The translations under genes were made by a program, and so were the position numbers. From Octopus vulgaris (Eukaryota), in contig OX597816.1 of assembly GCA_951406725.2 (NCBI GenBank), forward strand, positions 170,624,001 through 170,688,000: DNA of 64,000 nucleotides, in the 5' to 3' direction. Under the pieces are notes generated by a model, which was not told the DNA's origin, did no database searches, and was given only the letters and a program-made list of their open reading frames with translations. Positions 39,509 to 53,404 of this stretch are shown here, one piece after another (within the stretch, counting starts at the first letter, position 1; every line of letters begins with the position of its first letter).

Positions 39509-41057
39509 CCACTTGGCATTTTAGCATGTTGAAGCATGAAAAACCGCTTCCCAACAGCCACGAAAATTATCTTTCGCTACTGATTACCAGCTAGAAGAAA
39601 TGACAAAGTGGTGGAAGGATAATTATGTAATTTCCTAATGAAAGTATATCGTCCTTTACCACTTTTAGTTTATTATAAACCCCTCATATTACTTGTTATT
39701 ACATACAGCGTGTAAACGAATAACAGCGGATCATATCATATTAATACCAGACCTATTCAGTTTTCCCACACATAGTTTATTTCTGTTGAAGAACAATAAT
39801 AGAAGTAAATGTCTTGGCATGCATCAGAGAGATAAAGGTATATGTACAAACAATTAGACGCACCACAAAGTATAAAAACGGTGTCTTGGAGATCTTAGTG
39901 TGGCCATAGATATATAAACGATAGTGTATCTTTGATTGTGATAATTGATTTCATCTATCGCTGAGAAATTTCCATCAGTTGCTAGGATATTTCCGAGTTA
40001 TATTGCTTTCCAAGACATAGCGAAGGGAAATGTTTATGTCTCTCTGAGGACGAAGGGCTTTTAAGTTAATTTGTATCCGTCTGGCTATGGTGCAGCCAAC
40101 AAAATAACTCTATTTAGGATAATGTATTACACACACGCGCAAGCACACATATACATGTACAAACACACATATATATATATACATTCACACATACACACAC
40201 ATATATATATTCACACACATACACACACCTGAGTCGGTTGGTAGGTAGATAGGTTTGTAGCACAGTTAGAGAATGCTAAGAAAGAGAATTAGGGAAAATC
40301 TATGAGCTTTGTTTTCTGTAATCGTCCTAAGCTTTATGTATCATAAAATTACAATTAGCACCGATAGCAATAACGTACAGATTTGTGAAAGCAGACATAT
40401 TTCACTTAAATCCTAGAATGACGAATACATATTTCGATCTTTAAAGAAGAAATCGAAAAAAAAAACCAGAAATAAGGAATGTTCTTTGGATAATATCTGA
40501 GAAAATGTATTTTCTTGTGCTCTGCTACTTCAGGGGAGCCAAAAATATGTATCAAACGTTCCCTATAATTGTTTATAAGTTCATATTTAGACATCAATTA
40601 ATAATTATTTGTGATGAGAATGTTTCAATTAATGTATCTCTTCGTGGAATATAGAATTTATCCTGTCCATCCGAGAGATTGTCCTTTTATTGCACTTGTT
40701 CAGTAATTAATTTAGCGCTAACAACATATTCTATGATATTAATTCGTTCAATTATTATAATTGATATACTCTCTTAATGAGATATCATATGGATAGAATA
40801 TATAATATTGATCGAATGACGCTACTTTGTCAATGCAATATTTTGCTGAATTGCCTTTAGTCCTGGAAATAAAAATGCACGCAACTAACGATATAGATTG
40901 TAAAACTACTGAACCCGAAAATACTACTGAAGGCCTGTGTTCGCAAATAGTTATGCAAATATTCCAACTAGTGAAGTAAGTTTTACGCTGCGAAGAAGTC
41001 GAATGTTTTGTGACTGGCAGAAAAATTTAAGCAGCTTGAAATTTTGCATAGCATTAT

Positions 41058-41182
41058 CCCACAGAGGTCAACTTTGCTTTTCATCCTTTCGGGGTCGATA
41101 AAATAAGTACCAGTGGAGACTGGTACTCCATCCCTCCAAATTTTACTCCGAAACTGCTGACCTTGTGCCAGAACTGAAACCA
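41058..41182 (+). mobile_element. Meta-domain-like SINE fragment
   Basis: GAGGTCAACTTTGCTTTTCATCCTTTCGGGGTCGATAAAATAAGTACC. Confidence 0.75.
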
Positions 41183-41487
41183 GTGTTTCATGGCGCTTCT
41201 TTGTGCTCCATGTTCAAATGCTCTTTCAAGCCTGACTTTGCCTCATATCCTTCCGCATTTTATGAAATAAGTACCAACCACGTATTCTTTTTGCTCGCAA
41301 AATTTAATTTTCTCTTCGTGTTCCAATGTTAGGAATCAATACTGAAGTATTTAAGTGTATCCGAGTGGTTTCTATCCTTATATACCCCCAATATTGTAAA
41401 TAAGAATATAGTTTCAAGCATTTGCATTGTGATGGCAAATTAACAATACTTCTGCCCTAAAAATATATCCATGGCCTTATGAAATGA

Positions 41488-41682
41488 ATATTGGTTTCAA
41501 ATTTTGGCACAAGGCTAGCAAGCTCGGGGTAGGTAATCAATTACATCAACTTCAGTGCTCAAATGATACTTATTTTATCGACCCCGAAAGGATGAAAGGC
41601 AAAAAGTTGACCTCGGTAAAGACAGAAAAAATGCCGCTGGCATCTTGTCCGGCGTTCTAAAGATTTAATCAACTCGCCACCT
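41488..41682 (-). mobile_element. Meta-domain-like SINE
   Basis: Family core on the minus strand. Confidence 0.75.
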
Positions 41683-43284
41683 TATATACAATTTATATTA
41701 ATGTACATTTTCGGAAATCTAAAATTCAGAAGGCATCATAATTCATATTTCTGCATTTCTTACACACCTTTAAAATTCTAATGATTAGTAAAGCAAGATC
41801 TACGCATGTACTGAGACTAAAAAAGACAAATACACATTAAATAATGTAGCCTAGGATACACTTGTCACACAGAAAATATGTGATAGTAAAGGCGTTTCTT
41901 TTTATAAGTAAATATATATATAAGTAAATAATAGAAGTATAATTATCTTAGTAAAACATAGATTTACTTGTGAAAGTCCATTGATTTTTATATGTAAATA
42001 TCATATTCCAAACATTTTCACTAGTCTGCGACAAGTCCCCACAAACAAGCAAATGATAAACAATAATAATTACACTATATTCTTTGTTGGAATCTTATAA
42101 GAGGAAGGATGCATAAAATGTTATAAGAGGGAGGATGCATAAAAGCACGCAAAAAATGTCATCGCCAGAATAAATTAGCTGGTGCCCGACATCAATGGTA
42201 ACATGTACCTAAGTAGGAATTTACGAGTGATTTTTTACAAATATAACAGAAAAGGTATAAATGGGTTCGAGATTAATACATTTCTATAATACAAACATAT
42301 CCTGCTTCTCACGAAAATGAATCTTTACAATTCTATAAAATTTTAAGAAATAACAACCTTTATCTCAAAGTAACTTCAAGTATTAAGAAACTAGCAAACT
42401 TTAAAAGATATGTCACCTAATCCAAAAAGATGTCACAAATTGAAATATCATTCTTGAATGGAAAAACAACATGGTGATGTATTGCGTATGCAAACCAGAA
42501 TGATTGGCCAAACACGTGCGAAAATATAAACAACAAAAACACATCAAACGCTATAACACCAGCAAAATCCGAACCAAAATAAACACCAGTAAAAATATAA
42601 GCAACAGTATAACAAAAATAGAACAAGAAAACGAAGAATGAGTCATTCTAAACATAAAAATGACGACCATAACATAATATTAACGTAGAATTAAATAAAG
42701 TAATTCAATTTATAGATAGCCTTCCAATGAGGTTATGAAAGAACCCCACCACCACCATATAAAAGTAAGATAGCAGAACAACCAGAGAAAACACAAACGT
42801 TGCTTTTGCAGAGATAATATGAAGGGACACAATCATCAATATCTCCGGGTCAAACAAAATAGCATATGTTTAAAATTCAGTACTTATCGAAAAGGCTGCA
42901 TAATACCTTGGATATACTCTTATAGGTATCACAAATCTCAAGAAATCAACGTAGAAAGCAGACATACGATGAAAGAGAAAATAAAGAAAGTATCTATAAT
43001 CCTTAATGAAATCAATAACAATGAATGAGACAACCAAAAAATAAGAAACAGAATAATTTGCTACGGAAGAATGAAAGACAAAAAGAAGAAGCACATATAC
43101 GAAAATGTCTGAAAGAAATACTTGATAAATTGTAAATCACTCGTTAAGAAAAGTGATAAAATCAAATCAAAAGCAAGTTCCTCGAGTAGATAGATGTAAT
43201 CAATCAATCAATATAACTCAACAACAAAATGAAGACTTTTAGCGACAAGTATCAAAAGCAAAATAATCATCACGGATGAGATTA

Positions 43285-43655
43285 TTCCATTCATCCATCC
43301 ATCTTTTCTGCCCATCATTCTTCAGTCAGTTGTGTGGGTAGGGTCCCCAAGTACTTCGTCCATACAGTCTTATGAAAAGCAATCGTCATTACTGTTCTAA
43401 GCTGAATTCCCAAGGGTGGCCATAGACACTATTGATATTATTTAACCTGCTAGTACTTAGTTTACTTTTAGGTCTCCCGCTGGTTGACTCGACTTGAAAA
43501 GTCTGGCTTGTTATCCTTGCCAGTGAGATTATAATCATATGTCCGTAGTCTCGGAGCTGTGACATCTCAATGCAGAGACGTAGCGGCTCCACCCGGAGAG
43601 ATCCACTGATCTTTGAATTATGGACCCTGTCAATTAACGTTAATTCAGAGATCTC
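43285..43655 (-). mobile_element. RTE-clade LINE 3' end
   Basis: TLIDRVHNSKISGSLRVEPLRLCIEMSQLRDYGHM...GRPKSK matches the RTE C-terminal pattern IERSQLRWxGH...GxRPRGRP. (ATGG)n tail at ~43286-43303. Confidence 0.8.
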
Positions 43656-43956
43656 TCGGAAAAGGAACAAAAGAAAAGAGAAATGAAAAAAGAAGAAAAA
43701 AGGGGAAGAGGAAAAAAAATAAGATAGATAGATGTAGGCACACACCTTGGATTTACAAATAATTTTCTTTACTAAAATAGTACTGTCAACGATTTTAATC
43801 CTATGGCCATTGCTTTAGAATGTTCGGTTCTAAACGAAATTTCCTCATTTGTGCATGTAAACGTCCTGTAATCATTTTGATTAGTATTAAAATAATGTTA
43901 GATACTGTGGTATAATTAATGAGAAGGACATTATTATTATATGAGGATATTATTAA

Positions 43957-44145
43957 TGGCGGTGAACTGGCAGAACCGTTAGCACTTCAGAGAAAAGGGT
44001 AAGCAGCAATGTGTCCGCCTTTACGTTCTGAGTTTAAATTCCGCCATTTTGGAGTCGATAAAATAAGTACTAATCAACTGTTGAAGTTGATGTTATTGAC
44101 TTGCTCCCAACAACCAAATTTGCTGGTCTTGGGTCAAAATGAAAA
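43957..44145 (+). mobile_element. Meta-domain-like SINE (internally deleted)
   Basis: GGCGGTGAACTGGCAGAACCG head and GTCGATAAAATAAGTAC. Confidence 0.7.
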
Positions 44146-44177
44146 CAATTGTTACTGTTGATGTTTTGCAGCTTAGC

Positions 44178-44394
44178 TACTCTTTTACTCTTTTACTTGT
44201 TTCAGTCATTTCACTGCGGCCATGCTGGAGCACCGCCTTTAGTCGATCAAATCGACCCCGGGACTTATTCTTTGTAAGCCCAGTACTTATTCTATCGGTC
44301 TGTTTTGCCGAACCGCTAAGTGACGGGGACGTAAACACACCAGCATCGGTTGTCAAGCAATGCTAGGGGGACAAACACACACACACAAACACAC

Positions 44395-44429
<35 letters not shown>

Positions 44430-44599
44430 CATATATACGACAGGCTTCTTTCAGTTTCCGTCTACCAAATCCACTCACAAGGCATTGGTCGGCCCGGGGC
44501 TATAGCAGAAGACACCTGCCCAAGATGCCACGCAGTGGACTGAACCCGGAACCATGTGGTTGGTTAGCAAGCTACTTACCACACAGCCACTCCTGCGCC
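44178..44599 (-). mobile_element. OK-like SINE (young)
   Basis: Full-length reverse copy. Confidence 0.92.
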
Positions 44600-44743
44600 T
44601 AGTTATGTTATATTTATAATCTCTTGTTGTTTTTTTTTTTCTCTTAAAACAACAGTATATCAATGAAACATGTATGATTCTTACGTTCTCCAAATAAATG
44701 AACATCGTTTCCTAGTAGACATTTTGGCGTCATTAAAATTATA

Positions 44744-45249
44744 TCTATATATATAAAACTCTAGTTGTGTGAGTGTCTGTCCCCTTCGATTTAGATTCCT
44801 AACTCCTCCCACATTTTGCGGTGCAGTTTAACCAAATTCGGGTATCTTATAGTCGGGATTCATATCGAGCCCGTCTGACTATTAGCGCGCGTCAACGATG
44901 AGTCTACGATTTTAAAAATAATTTAACATCATTTTTTATTCCATTTTAATGCATAAAATGCATCGTGTGTCGATGGCGGCGGAGTTAGCGTCCACGCTCA
45001 CAGCTGCACCTGTTTGCTTCTCCCCCTTCCCTCCCTCGTGAAGCTGTGGGGAAGGGAGTGTAAAGAAATCAACGTCGTAATGCGTTGTGAAGGAAACCAG
45101 CGTTCTTTTAGAACAACGACTTCATGGCTTGAAGACACCAAAACAAAAATGGCTAAGAAAGCCCGAATTTATAAGGGAAGTAACTCTCTAAAAATGCTTA
45201 TATAGTTATTTCCCTTACAAACCCGAGCAACGCCGGGCGATACTGCTAG
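44744..45249 (+). mobile_element. Non-autonomous Helitron (long form)
   Basis: A|TC ... CCCGAGCAACGCCGGG ... CTAG|T. Homologous to 3550-3970. Confidence 0.9.
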
Positions 45250-45880
45250 TTTACTTATAATCCGTTTTAGATTAGTAGCGTTTCTATACACTTCTATAAA
45301 AGCGGGATATGTTACAAACTTTTGTAATTCTTCAACTTTGAAAAGTTGTAAAATTTCAATAGATTAAAGTATTAACTTTTGTTTTTCAATTTTGTAAATT
45401 ATTTTTATGTTTTATTTGTGGAATTCAATGATGGTTCAAGAAGTTAAAATTAATCTTAACATTTTAGTCTGTATAATGCCTTTTTTTCCACAACCAGAAT
45501 CAATTACTGCATTGTATGCAACTCTCTCTCTCTCTCTCTCTATTCCATTTTATTCTATTCTATTCTGTTCTCTGAACTCTCATCATCTATGCTGTTGCAT
45601 CTTTTCAAATTCTGAGCTATACAATTTGTCTCATTATTCCTCAGGAAAACGATTTTATGACCAAGTCAACCACAGTGTTCACTCCAATATGTTGATCACG
45701 TAAAGAGTATTGATATTTCACCTCATTTTCAGAAAAATGAATACTGATATGGGTACTAGAAAAAGACGGTTTAAAGTGTTTTTTGCTTTTGTTTTTTGTA
45801 TTTTTTTTTGTTTTATTTTCAGAAAATAAATTCTGTCGAGATTGAATTTACTTTTCTTTTTTATAACACTGATATGAACA

Positions 45881-46061
45881 ATACTGATTTCAAATTTTAG
45901 CACAAGGACAGCAAGTTTGTGGGAGGGGATAAGTTGATATCATCGATCCCAACACTCAACTGATCTTATCGACCCCGAAAGTATGAAAGGTGAACGTAAA
46001 GACGGACGAAACGCCGCTAAAAATTTTGTCCGGCGTACGCAAGATTCTGCCAGATTACCGT
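45881..46061 (-). mobile_element. Meta-domain-like SINE
   Basis: Family core on the minus strand. Confidence 0.7.
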
Positions 46062-46386
46062 CTTTTTTATAAGAATAATTTTAACATTATACTGACGTTT
46101 ATATGACAATGCATTACTGCCCAAAAATTCGATTTTTGTCAACAGCATGGATTAGTTTTGATAGAAGCAGTCATTTGAGATATTTCCACAATATCAGAAA
46201 ATTATTATAAAACTTAGGTCTAAGTGTTCAGTTTTATAATAATAATCAAATATACTTTCATTGCTAAAACAACTATAGTCATTAGATTGATGCCTTAGCA
46301 TAGCGGCAGAAATGTGTGTGTGTGTGTGTGTGTGCATGTATGTGCGTGTATACATACATACACACATATGTATATCTATCTATCTA

Positions 46387-46436
<50 letters not shown>

Positions 46437-46564
46437 GGAGTAAACACATAAATGTGAAACAAGGTGGACAAAAGAGGTGTAGCGTTTGTAAGAGTCTAGA
46501 TTGAATTGATATATCGGTTCCATTCTAGCAAAAACTGTCTGATATATATACATACATATATCTA

Positions 46565-46674
<110 letters not shown>

Positions 46675-46711
46675 TGATTGATTCCAGTTCCAGCCTATGA
46701 GCCTATATATA

Positions 46712-46915
46712 TATACAATAATATGTTACATTACTCGATAGTCAAGATAAAACTCTGAGTTTCAGATGCCGAAGTGGAAATCCACAACACCATCTCTTCG
46801 GTTAACTACCTATTTAACCAGATAACCGAAGAGATGGTGTTGTGGATTTCCACTTCGGCATCTGAAACTCTGAGTTTTATCTTGACTATCGAGTAATGTA
46901 ACATATTATTGTATA
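46712..46915. repeat. 93-bp inverted repeat with 18-nt spacer (PLE-type foldback), (TA)n flanked
   Basis: 46712-46804 versus 46823-46915 with one mismatch (46756/46871). A unique tail continues to ~46984. Confidence 0.96.
46820..46882 (+). ncRNA. Hammerhead motif, U4C variant
   Basis: AGATAA CCGAAGA GATG...CATC T GAA ACTCTGAGT T TTATCT. 6-bp stem I, GUU site. Confidence 0.65.
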
Positions 46916-46981
46916 GATAAATTTCCTCTATTTACATAATATTGAGGTCTCTTTCTTTCTTTTGTTATCTTACCGTTTTAT

Positions 46982-47030
<49 letters not shown>

Positions 47031-48832
47031 TATGAGGCTGGTATGTTAATCATATCACTGCATTTCAAAATTTATTCGGTTTTAAAACTTATGTGATAAG
47101 ATTTGGTCACGTATAGAAATGAAATGACTGAGCGGGTTTCACTAATTAAACACATTACACTTTCTGATCTTACTCTTCGGTTACTAAAATTTATCATATA
47201 CAAGTTCAATTTAAGAACATATTTTTAGTGATACCAAACCAAAACGTTCTCGATTTCACAGTTCTACACTTGGTAAACTACCTGTTTAAATCTAGGCGAA
47301 CATTACTTAGTAGAGATTATTGCTACAACTTTGAAGATCAACCTATATGGAAACAACATAGCAAAAATCGATCTGAAGTTTATGTTTTGGGTCCCTTACT
47401 GAGTTGTTTAATTATACTATTTAGAGGCACCGTACTGAGTGGTAAGTTTCGGGACTGAACACGAAATTTGATTCCAGTGAAAACGTTTGTCATACCATGA
47501 AAAAAAATCATAAACATTTTCATATCTCCTATATATAAGACACAGTTTGATGAGTTTTCGTGCAAAGAAAAAAAAATCGTTTTATATCTGTTTGATAACC
47601 ATTTGTATCTTTTTTTTAATCTTATGAAGCAAGTAACAATGACATTAACAAAAGAAACACTAAGATTCGTATTTAGATTTTTTATTGAAGTATTCTACAG
47701 GCAGTGAAATATCAAAGATTATCCATAAAAAAATCAATAGAAAATATCTCTTAATATTAAAAAGTTAGGTATCGATTCTATAAACACAATTTTGCACATA
47801 CCTTTATTTATCTTCTAAAAACAAAATTGTTACCTTATCGTTTTCTTTCTTTCTGTTTTGGTTTCCAGTTTTTTTAATCTGTCCCTATGTGCATACAACA
47901 AAGGTTATGCACATTATTTTTTTCTGTCTTTTACATTTTTCCTTCCTTATACATTTGCGGAGAATTAAGCTTCGTTTATACCTGGGATAAGTCAACGAAA
48001 ACTATTTGCCTGATCATATTTCAAAGCATACTAAAATTGTCGTGGTAAATAGATTTTAGTACTACCACTTATATATTTCTCGCTCTCAAAGGAGTAACTA
48101 GCTTTTCACTGAAGTGAAATGCTACATGCTGTGGTTCGTATACCTGATCCATAAGAAATGAAACAAAGTCAAACCGATTTCTTCACTAACATTCCACTGA
48201 TTTCCAATTGATATCCTTCAGGTGTTTTCACATACTTCTTATTTAAGTCTATCAACTACTATAACATCAATTGCTAAATCTTTTCGTCGTTAAGGGCCAG
48301 AGAATTGAAGATTACTGCCTGCATTTGGTGGATGCACAGTTGAATGCCTCGTTTTGCTGGGATAGAAATACTTGTATCCAGTTTTTCATATTTAACGGTG
48401 ATTTCCTTTCTGAAGGCTTCTTGTCCGAAGTTGTACCGAATGTAAACTTTAAATCGCTTTTTGGCTTACATAAACAATCAATGCTATTGTTAAGACATAA
48501 AGGCACAACTCTGCAAACAGTTGACAATTGAGTTGATACAAGTGGGATTGAACTAGATCATGTTGAATACCTGATATATACGTGGATTGCAGAAAGCCAT
48601 CAATCACCAAAGTAGCTGTTGAGGTCTTTGTGTCGAATCCCGGTTGAAAAGAATGCGGAACTCATCTCCCAACATATGTAAGAAAGAAAATGAAAAAGAA
48701 AAAAATCTTGCAGAGTCATTCAATAAATTTAGAAGAAAACTGGGAACCACACAAACAAACAATTAGATAATATTTTGTTTTGTGAAAGAATGTGCAAAGT
48801 TATGCGTTTATTGCATCTCTGTCTGACTTGTT

Positions 48833-49193
48833 AATATTGGTTTCAAATTTGGCCAACAATTTCGGCGGAGAGAATAAGTCGATTACATCGAACTCAGTGC
48901 TTAAATAATACTCATTTTATTGACCCCAAAATGATGAGCGACATAGTCGACCTTAGCGGGTTTTGAACACAACGTCAACTCGGAAGAAATAATGCGAAGC
49001 CTTTTTCTCTATGCGCTAACAATTCTGCCAGCTCACAGCCAAACCTGATATTTTTAATATTGGTTTCCAATTTTGACACAAGGCCGGCAATTGGATGGAA
49101 CGGGGCGAGTCGATTACATTGATCCTAGTGCTCAATTGGTACTTAGGTTATCGATACTGAAATGATGAAAGACAAAGTCGACCTCTGTAGAAT
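48833..49193 (-). mobile_element. Two adjacent decayed Meta-domain-like SINEs (48833-49020, 49057-49193)
   Basis: Each has the AATATTGGTTTC end, AGTCGATTACAT and GTCGACC. Confidence 0.7.
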
Positions 49194-50114
49194 TTTCCTG
49201 GCTTAAGAGAGAAATTTCACCTGACATCAAGAGAGAAAAGGTTACGCTTACAAGTGACAGAGAATAAAATACAAAATAGTCGCCCAATATGTAGAAATGA
49301 ACTAACAATGAATTAAAAGAACAATAAAGACAGAAAGAAAAGCATCATTATTGCTTTTATATATTTTATGAAATATTTCAAACATACTATCCATGATGAA
49401 TACTAAGTACTGACTTTTGCGCCAAAGAGTTATTAAACCATATCATATATAACAATGATTTACGTGTTGGTTTCGTATCTTCTCTCACGAAGGACATTTT
49501 AATTCTTTTCATTCAGTTTCGGTTATATATTCCGTCCACCTTATTCATAATATTTAACTAAAGCCCGTTTGCGCATAGAATTATAAAATCAATAAAATGC
49601 ATCGGATATATGAACTGTAACATTTACTAGAAAAAATATATAAGTAGGAATGAATAAAAATAAAAGAAAAAATTAAATATTTATTTATTCCGAGTGCAAT
49701 TTTCTTATACTTTCTCTATTTCATCAGTTCAAAACCACTGAATTGCCGATGTAGTAGAATCTTTCGAGTGTGGAAGAAATGCATTATAATATTTCTTCCA
49801 GCATTTTAGTTCTAAGATGAAATCACGTGAAAGTCAACTTTGCCTTCAGTATTTTCGGAGTCGATAACAGAAAGTACAAGTCAAACACAGGAACTAATGA
49901 TGTTGGCTAAGTTGTTTCCCATCACGACTGTTGGTCATGCGACTTAGTTAAAAGTAACATTTTCAGTCTAGTTTCTGCTGTTACGAATAACAAAATATAC
50001 AGATTGTTGGATGGTTCTGCTTAGATTTCCAATCACAACCAATTAAATCATTCTGCGAGACTTATTATTTCAAATGAACATGGTTACAGGCTGGCATGTA
50101 AATTTGAGTGCTTG

Positions 50115-50153
<39 letters not shown>

Positions 50154-50317
50154 ACGTGTCTGTGTGTGTGTATGTTTATGTGTAATTATCACCGTCAAGT
50201 TCGAGTTATTAAGAATTCCCCTTTACAAGCAAACAAGCAACGGATTCATTGACTTATCATCATCGAAGCCATCTTCGTCCCACTACGGCCTCATATATAT
50301 ATATACGCAAACACACA

Positions 50318-50368
<51 letters not shown>

Positions 50369-50383
50369 GTATATATATATATA

Positions 50384-50600
50384 CGAAGGGATGTTGAAAA
50401 TTTCCTGGCTCTGGGTAAAAGAAGATAAAGGAGGATCAGTTAATCATGATTTTATTCAATATATTCCCCTCTTATATTTACGTATTTATTGCAGCGGTCC
50501 TTCAATTTTTCCAAGTCCTGTAAAAGAACTCGACAAGTTGGGCCTCCAGCCACGCCTTTCGCGATACACTTAAAACCAGGAACTTCACACCAGCCCCTCG
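50384..50600 (-). mobile_element. Internally deleted mini-mariner
   Basis: Imperfect TIRs CGAAGGGATGTTGAAAATTTCCTGG and rc CGAGGGGCTGGTGTGAAGTTCCTGG. C-terminal LEKLKDRCNKYVNIRGEYIE. Confidence 0.7.
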
Positions 50601-50714
50601 TGTATATTTGCGTGGCTTTATGGGTGTATGCATAGCATGTGGTCGTGTGAACAAATATATTATATACATGGAAACGTTTAAGTATATGCAAGTAATCATA
50701 TCCATGCGTTTATA

Positions 50715-51150
50715 ATAATATGTCACTGAGAATGAAAATTGCAACATTCTGTGGGAGGCAGTGATTCAGTGCGATCACCTGACCAGATATCAGAAATCTG
50801 ACATTTTTGTGGGAAAAAAGAAAAAACGAACAGGCATGATAATCGACATAGCATATACCGGTGACAACAGAATCAAAGAGAAAGAAAAAGAACTGAACAA
50901 CGAGTTGAAGTTGGAAATACAAAGGTTGTGGTCAATGAGAGTAGACGTGATACCAATAGCACTTGGCGCACTTGCAAATATCAGCACTCAACTACCAACC
51001 TAGCTCAAAAATGTTAGTACAAATGTAACAGTAGAACACCTACAAATAGCATTTCTTGGAACTGCGAGAATTCTTCGCAATGTTCTTGAAGCATGATAAG
51101 TAAAGAAGTGTCACGTTAGTCTGCTGGTTTTGGACAGCTGACGACAACAA
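50715..51150 (+). mobile_element. R4/Dong-clade LINE 3' fragment (RLE domain)
   Basis: ILWEAVIQCDH...KSDI...IIDIAYTGDNRIKEKEKE...LEIQRLWSMRVDVIPIALGAL...LGTARILRNVL, then a (CAA)n tail. Confidence 0.85.
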
Positions 51151-51188
51151 CAATAACAACAATAAAAATATCACTTTTGCTATTATTT

Positions 51189-51673
51189 TGAGAGAGTGAG
51201 CAACACATATATCAAAGTGTCATAGGGATACAAATATACGAATCCCAATATACCCATAGTGACTACCCGTCTGATAAGAGTACACAAAGCACATGGATCA
51301 CAACCATATGTGGTGTACGTGACATAGTGGTCTTATATCAAGGTAAACAGCGCATAAACTTTTAGGTGGGGCCAGTTAGAAATTTCTTCAAGTCGAGTAG
51401 CCCAATCACGCTCTAAAGGTCTTTGAATAAGGTTTGTTTGTGGATGTTGAATGAAACAATCTTGTTTCCAGTAGTGAATTATTCAAACCAAAAAAAAATC
51501 CTCTCAGCACATAGTTATAATGTTCTCACACTAGTGATCAGAGATGCACATATCGTCAGCCACCAACTGGTTAAGGTCAAACAACTAATAAGTAAATCAG
51601 TGGTATTGAGCAGAATATTTGCTGTAGCCCATCTTAAATACCAAGACAAAACAATGTACATGATAATACTTCC
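51189..51673 (-). mobile_element. Non-coding (TAA)n-tailed element, copy C
   Basis: Reverse-complement homolog of 10006-10555, tail-to-tail with the Dong fragment. Confidence 0.8.
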
Positions 51674-52280
51674 GCAATACAGACGAATCCCCCTCAGTGA
51701 ACATATAGAAAAATGTGCAGGTAATATCAAACCAAATTTCACAGTCTTACTTTTCTACTTCTACGCAATCTCTCAACTAGAACGTTTAAATAAAGAAACG
51801 TTTTTCATTGAAAAATGCAAAACACATCTTAATATGCACGCATAACCAACTTTTATCGTTTTACATATTTCAATTCACGATTGCATCACTGTACATAAAT
51901 CCCCTTACTAAACAAGGTTTTTGAAACTTGTCTCTGTCTGTACACATATATATCCTCCACCCATTACCGAAAGCTGAACAGTTATCTCCCTTACCCACAA
52001 CGATAACAATAATAACGACAACCAATTACCTCCCTTTATTTATATACTTGTGAAGTCATTCACTCGTAAGTTTCATCACACACATGGACAAAATTTCTTC
52101 TTAAGAAAACATATATATTCAAATAAGCAAAACATAATATCATGAATAGCGACAGCGAAACCGGTCGATATATTAAAAATTATATTAAAACTGTGTACGT
52201 GTACGTATTTTCCTCTTCTAATTTCTTATATGCATTACAACTCACAACGTGGGGATAATCGAAATTCCTCTTTTCTGTTA
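51674..52280 (+). mobile_element. PLE 3' fragment: GIY-YIG C-terminus, 3' UTR and pLTR
   Basis: IPLSEHIEKCAGNIKPNF...RLNKETFFIEKCKTHLN. Hammerhead at 52137. Ends at (TA/TATG)n. Confidence 0.75.
52137..52171 (+). ncRNA. 35-nt hammerhead motif with A3-U8 core
   Basis: ATATC ATGAATA GC gaca GC GAA ACCGGT C GATAT. Confidence 0.65.
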
Positions 52281-52324
52281 TATATACGTATGTATGTATG
52301 TATGTATGTATGTATGTATGTATG

Positions 52325-52382
<58 letters not shown>

Positions 52383-52404
52383 CTGACTGCCTCCTTTTTC
52401 TCCA

Positions 52405-53404
52405 CGCATACAATGAAACCTTCAACATTATCATAGAAAATCTACCTATTCTCACAGGAGATGATATAATGAACAAAATTTTAGACTCACGCAAAATTTT
52501 CAAGAGTAAAATGCAACCGAAATCATTGAAAAAAACTATTAACCAACGCAAGACTATATCCATTAACAACTGAACCAAAAGTGAAAAAATGCGGTCGGCC
52601 TAACTCTGGCACTTGCCCCTATCTTTTTGAGGGTACAGAGTTCTAGTTTAAACAAGGTGAAATATTTAAGATTAAATCAAATTTTATCTGTACCTCGGAA
52701 AATCTAATGTATGCTATTACCTGATTAGCGTACGGTAATCAATATATTAGCCAATGGAAATATCACTCCATAGAAGAACCACAAAGAACAAAGACCAAAG
52801 AACAAATCTGCCACCCACAATACAGACAAATACAGATTATGAACACATAGAAAGGTGTGCTAGGAACCTTAATCCTAACTTCCTAATTTTCCCCTTCTAT
52901 CAATATTTAGGGAACAGCTCAGTACAGCAAAGAATGAGGAAAGAGGCAACTTTCATCAATAAATTCTACCCACAACTTAACATGAACACATAACATAATA
53001 CAGAACACTACTAAATTTACAAATAATACCACTAACTCCCATATATTCCATACACCATTCGTATTATCTACCCTAACTGCACCACATCTAGAACTACTTA
53101 CCTCCCTTACACATAATCTTTTTACTCAGGGACTAGTAGACCCAATACCATTTGATAATTGGTGCGCATTCAAAGCCAGTCAACAGCAACTGTCGAAACC
53201 GGTATGACATTGAATCTCTTTAACAATTCATAATAATGACTTTTATTAGACTTCATTCTACCACAGTTCATCTAATTGTATATATTCATATTACCTTTCA
53301 TTAAAACCCTATTTGTTTCTATATTCAACGTGCATTTTGCTTTTTTTTTCTTACTTTCCCCATAACTCTTCCACATGTAGTTTCTACTTTTGAAATATAT
53401 TTCT

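Noticed and set aside
42340-43280. A-rich strand-biased tract, possibly a decayed LINE 5' region
   Set aside because: No motif that I could translate convincingly.
47125-47186. Minus-strand CCGAAGAG...GAAACCCGCT
   Set aside because: Stem I and the palindromic stem III do not form.
48216-48690. Possible exon (CCTTCAG|G acceptor-like site, short ORFs)
   Set aside because: No continuous frame or known domain, so evidence is insufficient.
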